A stretch of 64,000 bases of DNA from an uncultured virus (IMG/VR IMGVR_UViG_3300034062_004002) (lineage: Duplodnaviria; Heunggongvirae; Uroviricota; Caudoviricetes): IMG/VR virus record IMGVR_UViG_3300034062_004002; one strand, 5' to 3'. Made by a program: the position numbers and the translations under genes. Below the pieces are notes generated by a model. That model searched no databases and was not told the DNA's origin. It saw only the letters and a program-made list of their open reading frames with translations. Position 1 is the first letter of the stretch. Each line of letters opens with the position of its first letter. This document shows positions 56,247 through 64,000 of this stretch, piece after piece.

Positions 56247-58061
56247 TCAACCTTTTCTTCTGTTATTACTACTAAAAATATTTGGAGGAGAACTTTTTTT
56301 ATTTTTTTTAACGTCACCAAACTCTCTTGATTGATAGACTAATGAATCTTTTTTAATTTCGGTTATCTTCATTCTGTCAACAGGTTTATTTTCTCTAATA
56401 GGTTTTATATGATTTACAGGGATATAAACTCCTTTTTGTTGGGTAATTTTATTTATTAAATCATAATCAACCTTTGTTTTAGGTAATTTGGGGTTAGTTA
56501 GAATATTACTCAACACCTCATTAACAACCATCTTTTTATGTTTAATTTCATCGAACCCTTCAATAGGGTTAAAATGATTGACAAAAACTTCGTAGAATTG
56601 AGATATCTGTAACATAGGTAAAGGTCCAAATGTTTTTTTATTTTCAATGAGGTTATTATATTTAGTCCTCACTATTGACCCATAACCTGTCTGTCTTGAT
56701 TGTGTTAAACTATTTTGATGTAGTCTTCTATAAAATAAAACTGTTGGGCTATTAATTGATTTACAATTATTTTTATATAACCTACCCATAAAATCTGTAT
56801 CAGCCGATGTTCTCCAACCTTCAAACCCATTCATAGATAAGAATAACTCTTTTTTTATACTAAAAACCCCTTCACCCCAAAAGTTTTCTTTACTTACAAA
56901 ATTATTGTTAGGTGTTTCTCCTGTAAAATTTAAATATTTAGGTCTTACGAAATCAATAAACATTTGTAATCTAAGAATTTCTTTAATCATATTTTCCCCC
57001 ATAACATCATCGGAATCAAAAAATAGAATTATATTTGAATTAGAATTTTTAACTAATGTGTTTTTAACAATGTATGGTCCAACATTTTGTTGGAAATAGA
57101 AAAATCGTATCCTATCATCAAAAATATTATGTTTAATAAACTCTAAAGTTTTTTCACAATTATCGATACCCACTAAAATTTCACAATTCAACGACTTTAC
57201 CGACTCAATAACTGACGATAAACATTGTATTATAAATTCGGTATTATTAAACGTAGGTATTATTATTGAAATCTCTTTGTTTGTCAGTATGTTAATTTGA
57301 GGTCGGTTAATATATTTTAATTTAATATCATTAAAAGACTCACCATTAACTTCAATAAAAGGAGCAATCTTTAACACATTTAAAGGTCCATGTTGGTTTT
57401 TTATTTGTTTTATTTTCTTTTTTTCGTGATATTTTTTTCTTAAAGGAGAATTCATACCAGTAATACCACCACCCGTTAAATTCGACTCATGTCTTCTATA
57501 AAAAAGACCCACCGTATTTAAAGTTTTTATTTTTTTTCCACTGGACAACATCCTCCAATAAAACTCACCATCCGAAGCACAAACCCACGGCTCAAACCCA
57601 TTTGAGTCAGTAAAAACTTTTTTAATTATTCCAAAAGTACCTGAATGGTAGTTGGAATCAGTCATAACCAATTCTATATTAGTAGGTAATGTAAGTTTTC
57701 CTTGGAATGTCCTATACCCATATCTAACATAATCATAAGATTTTAAAGAGTCGATAACCTTAGTTACTAACGTAGTTAACATAACATCATCAGAATCAAA
57801 AAATAATAGTTTATCATATTTTGAAATTGATACCAAAGTATTACGAATAATATACGTCCCGACTTTTTCGGTAAAAAAAAGAATTTTAATATTTGGGGGG
57901 AATGTTTTCTTAATTAAATTAAGATATGTTAAGGTTTTTTCACAGTTATCAATACCAACAAGTAACTCATATTCAGTATTTCCACAAGACTTTACTATAG
58001 AATCTAAAGCCTCTTTAATATAAAGAGTGTTATTGTGTGCGGTTACAATTATTGATATCAT
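56247..58061 (-). CDS. tandem two-domain GT2 glycosyltransferase
   Basis: The unit SII..T.NNT..I, LVGIDNC, VG.YI..NTL, FFDSDDVM, GFE.W..D.(E/D)F, YRR.H occurs twice. Confidence 0.85.
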   Translation of the reverse strand: MISIIVTAHNNTLYIKEALDSIVKSCGNTEYELLVGIDNCEKTLTYLNLIKKTFPPNIKILFFTEKVGTYIIRNTLVSISKYDKLLFFDSDDVMLTTLVTKVIDSLKSYDYVRYGYRTFQGKLTLPTNIELVMTDSNYHSGTFGIIKKVFTDSNGFEPWVCASDGEFYWRMLSSGKKIKTLNTVGLFYRRHESNLTGGGITGMNSPLRKKYHEKKKIKQIKNQHGPLNVLKIAPFIEVNGESFNDIKLKYINRPQINILTNKEISIIIPTFNNTEFIIQCLSSVIESVKSLNCEILVGIDNCEKTLEFIKHNIFDDRIRFFYFQQNVGPYIVKNTLVKNSNSNIILFFDSDDVMGENMIKEILRLQMFIDFVRPKYLNFTGETPNNNFVSKENFWGEGVFSIKKELFLSMNGFEGWRTSADTDFMGRLYKNNCKSINSPTVLFYRRLHQNSLTQSRQTGYGSIVRTKYNNLIENKKTFGPLPMLQISQFYEVFVNHFNPIEGFDEIKHKKMVVNEVLSNILTNPKLPKTKVDYDLINKITQQKGVYIPVNHIKPIRENKPVDRMKITEIKKDSLVYQSREFGDVKKNKKSSPPNIFSSNNRRKG

Positions 58062-58672
58062 TTCACGGGTTTTTCTCCTTCGTTTAATTTTGATAATGTA
58101 TTATTATCATGAATAACTAATTTTACATCACCAATTGCTGGAATGTAAATAATATTTCTAGTTATTCTAGGTAACAAGTCGTGTACTTGGTCAAAAATCC
58201 CATTTTTTACTTTTTTCTGTATTAAAGTTGAAAACATAGAACATACTTTACTATAATCCCTACTATGAAAATAATCTTTTCCTGTTAAATCATCATGTTT
58301 ATAGGGGTGAAAGTTTAAAATAAAATCATCATATTTAGATTTATTATTTTCATACAATTGATGTATTTTTTCTATATAATTAGGTGACATATAATCATCA
58401 CAATCATGTCTTGTTTGGATTGTAATATCATTATTTATCGCATATTCTCGATAATCGTTTTTAACGTCCCCAAACATTAAAATCTCAATATTTTTATCAA
58501 TAGAATCTCTTATTGTTTGATAATGTAATGGGTTCACTATTAAAGCAATTTTAAAATTTTTATCTGTTTGAGAATTTATTGAGGGTATATAATATTTTTT
58601 TATTGCTGAAAAATACTTATTAAACCTTTCATCATCTTTAAAATTACATCTGGTTACTATTAAATGTTTCAT
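58058..58672 (-). CDS. putative glycosyltransferase (rhamnosyltransferase-like)
   Basis: HLIVTRCN, YYIPSINSQTDKNF, QTRHDCDD. Confidence 0.65.
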   Translation of the reverse strand: MKHLIVTRCNFKDDERFNKYFSAIKKYYIPSINSQTDKNFKIALIVNPLHYQTIRDSIDKNIEILMFGDVKNDYREYAINNDITIQTRHDCDDYMSPNYIEKIHQLYENNKSKYDDFILNFHPYKHDDLTGKDYFHSRDYSKVCSMFSTLIQKKVKNGIFDQVHDLLPRITRNIIYIPAIGDVKLVIHDNNTLSKLNEGEKPVK

Positions 58673-58681
58673 ATTGTTAAT

Positions 58682-59362
58682 TTAACTATTAAAAAATTTA
58701 TTTCTTACATTATACAATTGAGCTTTATTCCCTAATTTTTGGAATTTTAATACAGGACTATACGTTAAAATATCTTTTTTAGTTGAGTTCTCTTTCCCAA
58801 TCCATCGTTCCCAATAATACCTATGACTTGTTGGTTCAGGGGGAGTAAGATGTTCTTTAACATACCTTGACCTAATCCAAAAAAAATTATACCAAATAAA
58901 CCCAAATTCACTAGGAAAAATTCCACCAATGTCTAAAGTTTTATTTTTTAAAAATTCGTTTAAATATTCTTCATAATTTTCAATTGTGTATTTAAATAAT
59001 TGTCCTCTTAAAATATTCCTTTCAGGATATTTTACATTAGAAAACATACCTTTAGTATGAAAATATAAAATTATTGAATCCTCTTTTTGGGATAAGTCGT
59101 AGATTGATTTAATTCCTGGATATTCATACATATTTTTTTCAACTCTATTGAATATTTGAATCTTCTTAAACTTACTCCATAAATGTTGTTTTATTCGTTT
59201 TAACTGTTGGTCATTACACTGTAGACTAATATAAATTTCATCGGCATCATCATATATCTTAGAATTTTTTAATGACCATAATTGTTCTAAAACAATTTCC
59301 TCCCATTTATCCTCTAATAAGGATGCGAAATATACTATTTTTACTTTTTCGTCACCAATCAT
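58682..59362 (-). CDS. glycosyltransferase-like hypothetical protein
   Basis: YEYPGI, ILYFHTKG, WYNFFW..S.Y, RYYWERWIG. Confidence 0.55.
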   Translation of the reverse strand: MIGDEKVKIVYFASLLEDKWEEIVLEQLWSLKNSKIYDDADEIYISLQCNDQQLKRIKQHLWSKFKKIQIFNRVEKNMYEYPGIKSIYDLSQKEDSIILYFHTKGMFSNVKYPERNILRGQLFKYTIENYEEYLNEFLKNKTLDIGGIFPSEFGFIWYNFFWIRSRYVKEHLTPPEPTSHRYYWERWIGKENSTKKDILTYSPVLKFQKLGNKAQLYNVRNKFFNS

Positions 59363-59443
59363 AATATCAATCTCTTTATATCAATTAAATATACTTTCGT
59401 TTCGAATCTTGTAAATTATTACTCGGTGGAGTTATATAAAACA

Positions 59444-59532
59444 CAAAAGGGTGTCTTTCAACACCCTATTTGCTTGATTTGGATACCCCCTTTCTTTAAT
59501 TTGGTTTATCCCGTGTGAGTAATTACCTCACA
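59444..59532 (-). other. 3'-terminal non-coding element: hairpin, 16S-3'-end-complementary tract, terminator
   Basis: TGTGAG/CTCACA hairpin; AGAAAGGGGGTATCCA (59495-59480); AGGGTGT/ACACCCT-TTTG terminator. Confidence 0.6.
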
Positions 59533-59538
59533 GGTATT

Positions 59539-61260
59539 TTAAGAAGTTGCTAACGCTTTTTGTTTTAACGTGTCGGTAGCAACATTCATCTTATTTTTAA
59601 CTCCTCCAAGTAACGGACAGATAAAACTTCCTAACGCTTCTTCGATTTTAGAACCCAAAGAAGTTTCGTCTAACATATCAACAATTGAGTTTCTAAGTAT
59701 ATCGTAGAACGGACCTTCAAGACCTTTTTCGTGAGTTAATTTTCTAACCGTCCCTTCAGCAACTGACTTTGAAATTAATTTTGTTAAGAAATTACAATCA
59801 GTTAATTTAGGAATGTCCCCAATCGGTAAGTTACCAATAGCGGTGATAACAATACTTCCTAACCATCCGTTAGAATCCATAGGAGTTAAATGTTCAACTA
59901 ACCATTTAGCAATGTATTCTTTAAAATATTCCATAATACCATCAGGTGCATGACCAAATAAACCTTTCAATGTATCCCAAAATCCTTCGTTAATAATTTT
60001 TTTGTCAAATCCTTGTGAGTTTAAATAAGTCATTTCAGATAACAATTCATCAAAAAACTTATCTTTTTGTTTTTTAGTTTTAAGACTAACATTTTCTGAA
60101 ATAATTGATAATCTAGCCTTAACTATTTTACCCTCACTTAACACATTTCTTTCTTTAGTTTTTTTAGTTTCAATTAAACTTTCTCTAATTAGATTTTTTA
60201 ATTGTTTTTCTTTACTTTCTCTTTGAACTGTTGACCCTGCATTAACATTTAAACTATAGTCAGTTAGACCACCTGTTTGTGTTTGTACGGGATTCGCAAA
60301 TTGTAATCTTTCCGCCGATTTTGCAAATTTAGGGTAATTATTTATACAATTTCTAATTACAGGTTTCATCATTTTAAGTCTTTCGGGACTTAACTCTAAT
60401 TTTTTATCATACGCATTACCGTAAAGTTCAATCGCATTTTTACAAGAAACTTTTCTTGTTTTTTCATCACCTGATTTAGCACTGTTCACCGCTACATCTA
60501 ATTTTTTAATAACGTCCGCATCAGCTAAAATATTAGGATTGTAGTACATGTAATACGTTGTTTGAAAATCCTTATAAGTTTCAGGATTATCCGATTCAAG
60601 TGATAAGTCAGCAACGATATAACCAAAAGAACTTCCTTCAGGTAAATCTTTTTTCTCAATCCAACCTAATGTTTTCCTTCTTTCAACAGTTTTAGTTGAT
60701 AAGTCTAAATCGTATTGTTGCGCCCCTTTTTTAACCCAAACTTTTGCGACACCAATATTATTTCCTAAGATTTTAACAAGTTCCTCAGCATAAGGTGAAT
60801 TCTTATTTTCAATAGTTGTAATTGCATCGGATAGTTTAACTAATGTCCAACCTTCACCTACAGGTTTTTCAACACCCTCGTTCCAAGCAACAACTTGATT
60901 TGATGTAAATTCAGCTAAACGGCCTAAAGCTTTTTGTTGGTCAGGAGTTAAAATAGAATCTTGAGTTTTATTTAATTTTTCGCAATACCATTTTGTTGTT
61001 CTAACAATTTTACCTGCTTTATCTCCTGTGGTTCTCCACTCTCTTTTTCCATCAGGGAAGTCAAATACGTGAGGATTAGCTTTATTATCGGGGTTTGTTG
61101 ATTGTTGGTAAACAACCTCTCCACCCCCCTTTGGGTCAATAAATGGTCCGGTGACTTTAGGCCAACATCCTGCGGTAAACGCTTTTTGAAGTTTTTCTTC
61201 TTTGAATTGAGCTGCCCCTGGATTAAGTACGTCTTCTTTTATAAATCTTTTATTTTTCAT
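59539..61260 (-). CDS. hypothetical protein, probable virion/internal protein
   Basis: 573 aa; FIKED, LIRESLIE, IISE, IINEGFWD. Confidence 0.7.
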   Translation of the reverse strand: MKNKRFIKEDVLNPGAAQFKEEKLQKAFTAGCWPKVTGPFIDPKGGGEVVYQQSTNPDNKANPHVFDFPDGKREWRTTGDKAGKIVRTTKWYCEKLNKTQDSILTPDQQKALGRLAEFTSNQVVAWNEGVEKPVGEGWTLVKLSDAITTIENKNSPYAEELVKILGNNIGVAKVWVKKGAQQYDLDLSTKTVERRKTLGWIEKKDLPEGSSFGYIVADLSLESDNPETYKDFQTTYYMYYNPNILADADVIKKLDVAVNSAKSGDEKTRKVSCKNAIELYGNAYDKKLELSPERLKMMKPVIRNCINNYPKFAKSAERLQFANPVQTQTGGLTDYSLNVNAGSTVQRESKEKQLKNLIRESLIETKKTKERNVLSEGKIVKARLSIISENVSLKTKKQKDKFFDELLSEMTYLNSQGFDKKIINEGFWDTLKGLFGHAPDGIMEYFKEYIAKWLVEHLTPMDSNGWLGSIVITAIGNLPIGDIPKLTDCNFLTKLISKSVAEGTVRKLTHEKGLEGPFYDILRNSIVDMLDETSLGSKIEEALGSFICPLLGGVKNKMNVATDTLKQKALATS

Positions 61261-61282
61261 ATTTCTTATGTTGTTTTTAATT

Positions 61283-62656
61283 TTAATCTACGTTAGTATA
61301 TTCCGTTTCTCTATCGGGACCTGGTGACGTTGTAGTAGTAGTTCCACCACAATTAGCCATAATTTTATCATAAATTTCTTGAGTGATTATCACATCATAT
61401 CCTTTACTCTTAAGGGCTTTTTCTGTGTCAGAACCAAATTTACCGTCAGACGTTATTCCTAAACAATCTTGGATTTTTTTGATGTCATCATTTTTACATC
61501 CTTTTTTGTATGGGAATGATGTACAGTTAGTCCATGTGGTTCCACCTCCGTTTGAAACACATTTTTCACCATCCCAAGTTTGACCTTCGGGACATTTATC
61601 AACATCAGAGACTAACCCTTCACAAGACATCGCATAATCAGTTCCATTAACAGTTATAACTATACCACTATCCGTTTCGTCCCATTTTCCTGTATATTTG
61701 TCATTTCCTGTGACAAATTTTTTATCATCAAAAAATTTACCACCACCATTTGTATCAATAGCCTTATTACCCGTATCAGTTATTAACACATAGTCCAAAC
61801 CTTCTTCACCCATTTTTTGTAAATCCTCTTCTGGAATATTTTTACTAATACAGTCAGGGAATGGTTTTGAGCCTTCGTCCATCCACCATCTATATAAAAG
61901 ATATAGTCCACCTGCGGCTAACAGATATTTAAATATTTTACCTCTTGTCATACCAACAATTTTAGTTTTGAAACTTTGCCACATTGTTGGTTTTCCTGGT
62001 ATCGGTTTTAAGTTTTTAGGTCTTTGTTTTACAGGTAGTTTTGTATTTTTTACAGGAGGGGTTTTACCACCTTTGACAGGAGGGGTTTTACCACCTTTGA
62101 CAGGGGATATTTTACTAAGACCTTTTTTATTTGCAAATTTTGCAGCAATTTCGTCCGCGATTGCTGGGTCGTATCCTTTTTTAACTAAACTCTTACTAAC
62201 TTGGGTCTGAGTCATGTTCGCATATCTAACGTCTTTAACCGCCATGTCCGCGGCTTTATTAGTAAGTGTAGTTCTTAAACTACCTGTGGCCTTACCTGTT
62301 TTCATAAGTCCTTTTGCTAATTCACTTAATTGGGCTTTATTTAACGTATTTTTGATTAACGCGGTCATAACTTCATCACCACTACTTAAACCTATTTTTC
62401 CGTATATTTTAACATCATTAAATAACGTAACACCAGCCGTATATTTAAGGTTTCTTGTTGTTTTTAAAGCTAAAGCCGCCGCTTCATCACTAGTTCCCAA
62501 AATCGATTTAAGCAAGGCTTTACCCGTTTGTTCGGAAATTATTTTTTTGGACTCAACCAATTTAATTATCTCTATGTTTTCACTTAACGTGTTTTTACTA
62601 TCATAACTCATTAATAGTTTTACTCTGTTAAGTTCTTCTAATACTATGTTTTTCAT
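61283..62656 (-). CDS. probable virion protein with transmembrane helix and C-terminal PG-binding domain
   Basis: EELNRVKLLMSY N-terminus; PVKGGKTP repeat; YLLAAGGLYLLYRWW; IKKIQDCLGITSDGKFGSDTEKAL. Confidence 0.65.
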   Translation of the reverse strand: MKNIVLEELNRVKLLMSYDSKNTLSENIEIIKLVESKKIISEQTGKALLKSILGTSDEAAALALKTTRNLKYTAGVTLFNDVKIYGKIGLSSGDEVMTALIKNTLNKAQLSELAKGLMKTGKATGSLRTTLTNKAADMAVKDVRYANMTQTQVSKSLVKKGYDPAIADEIAAKFANKKGLSKISPVKGGKTPPVKGGKTPPVKNTKLPVKQRPKNLKPIPGKPTMWQSFKTKIVGMTRGKIFKYLLAAGGLYLLYRWWMDEGSKPFPDCISKNIPEEDLQKMGEEGLDYVLITDTGNKAIDTNGGGKFFDDKKFVTGNDKYTGKWDETDSGIVITVNGTDYAMSCEGLVSDVDKCPEGQTWDGEKCVSNGGGTTWTNCTSFPYKKGCKNDDIKKIQDCLGITSDGKFGSDTEKALKSKGYDVIITQEIYDKIMANCGGTTTTTSPGPDRETEYTNVD

Positions 62657-62676
62657 ATCTATTTTGTTTTATTTTT

Positions 62677-63960
62677 TTAAAGTTCGAATTCTAAATCATC
62701 CACATTTATATTTTGTTGTAATTGGTCTTGTATTTCTTTTTCCGCTTGTTTAATTTGTTCAGGTGTAACTTCACCATTTTCTATTTTTTCAGTACATGTT
62801 GCCCCATTTAATCCTAACGCCGCACAAAGTGCCGTTGTGACTAAAAATGCGTTACCCGCTGATTTAACAATAACACCTTTAGCAGGAATTACCTTACCTA
62901 AATCAGGTCTATAGGATTTATTTAAAAAGTCCTTAGCTTTTTGTCCAGTACTAACAGGTTTAATTTTGGTTGACGCCTTTGTGGCGATTTTGCCTCCACT
63001 ACCCGCAACCATATCGTCAGTTATTTTACTTAATTGAGCGGTAGCTCTTGACCCCCAACTTTTTAATGTTGTCATTCCTAATTTTTCACCAAGCCAAGTA
63101 GCGGCTTGGGTTATATAACCACCCAATTTAACTATTCCACCTTTAATGGCGTTAAATACTTTTAATAATACTCCTCCTTTAGAAACCGCAGCTTTACCTA
63201 AACTAGCAAAACTTTTAATCCCCATGGTTGCCGCTTTAACAACTTTACCCAAGGCAGGTAATAATAATGAAATAGCGTCAATCACAATATCCATAACAGA
63301 CCATTGATATTCACCCGATTCATATTTACCACTCATCATTTTATATAAATCCCAAAGAAGTAATGCTCCAAAAATAATAACTGTTGGTATTTGACCGATT
63401 GCAGGAATCATAGATATTCCTGTTAATACAGCAACACCACCTGCAGACATAACTGCTCCTCTAATACCCTCCATTAAACACTCAACAAAATTATTTGATA
63501 AACATTTATATGCGGATTTAACGGCATTTTTAACGGTGTCCCAAAGAGCGGCACCTTTTTCTTTAGCGTAATTCCAAATACCTTTTTGTTGTATTTGATT
63601 TATTTGTGATGCTCCCCATTTTGCAAATTGTTGGGTTTTTTCTTTACCATAATTGTAAACATTTTTAGCTCCTTTGACAACTGCCCTACCCCAATCCGCA
63701 GGATTATACCATTGTTCTAAAAGGACCTTAAACGATTCCCATGACTCAGTAATTCTTGATTCAATAATAAGTCTATCGACAGATTCGTTAATTAATAATA
63801 AATCACCACCAAATATATTCTCCCATTCTTTAATTAAGGTTATGGAATTTTTGGGTCTGTATATTTCAATAATATTGGCTAAAAATTTTCTTGGTGCTGC
63901 GGCGTACTCGACAAGGTCTAATTGACCTGTCTTAAATTTAAAATCAAAATTTTCTTTCAT
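62677..63960 (-). CDS. hypothetical protein with hydrophobic hairpin, probable virion protein
   Basis: 427 aa; AGGVAVLTGISMIPAIGQIPTVIIFGALLLWD; LINES, IIES and ITES sites. Confidence 0.65.
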   Translation of the reverse strand: MKENFDFKFKTGQLDLVEYAAAPRKFLANIIEIYRPKNSITLIKEWENIFGGDLLLINESVDRLIIESRITESWESFKVLLEQWYNPADWGRAVVKGAKNVYNYGKEKTQQFAKWGASQINQIQQKGIWNYAKEKGAALWDTVKNAVKSAYKCLSNNFVECLMEGIRGAVMSAGGVAVLTGISMIPAIGQIPTVIIFGALLLWDLYKMMSGKYESGEYQWSVMDIVIDAISLLLPALGKVVKAATMGIKSFASLGKAAVSKGGVLLKVFNAIKGGIVKLGGYITQAATWLGEKLGMTTLKSWGSRATAQLSKITDDMVAGSGGKIATKASTKIKPVSTGQKAKDFLNKSYRPDLGKVIPAKGVIVKSAGNAFLVTTALCAALGLNGATCTEKIENGEVTPEQIKQAEKEIQDQLQQNINVDDLEFEL

Positions 63961-64000
63961 AATGTCTATAGCGACATTTAAATTATTATAGGTATATGAA

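Overview
This AT-rich window is a segment of a large T4-like (huge/jumbo) tailed phage genome in the standard genetic code. The host is most likely in the Bacteroidota, based on many TAnnTTTG/TTTG promoters, a Bacteroidota-type bS21 and a DUF4494-like gene. From left to right it holds: (1) a sugar-nucleotide, methyltransferase and glycosyltransferase cluster with PhoH; (2) a phage sigma-like factor and baseplate/structural genes; (3) the head module (major capsid, scaffold, prohead protease, portal, large terminase) with a ribosomal protein bS21 gene inserted in it; (4) probable internal head proteins, including a nucleotidyltransferase fused to cell-wall hydrolase domains; (5) KTSC, a ClpC lacking its N-domain, a peptidase, a tmRNA and a GIY-YIG endonuclease; (6) an RNA island with four tandem host-type promoters and boxA driving a probable GOLLD RNA, tRNA-Met and unclassified structured RNAs; (7) holin-like and peptidase genes, an RNA-repair set, purA and denV; (8) a second RNA island with a ~460-nt unclassified RNA, tRNA-Leu and a tRNA-like RNA; (9) more glycosyltransferases and three large virion-type genes. 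The most notable observations point to translation takeover: phage bS21, five predicted leaderless mRNAs, a non-coding element complementary to the 16S rRNA 3' end, and a tmRNA with an unusual tag near a phage ClpC. All family calls come from motif recognition by eye; no database search was run.
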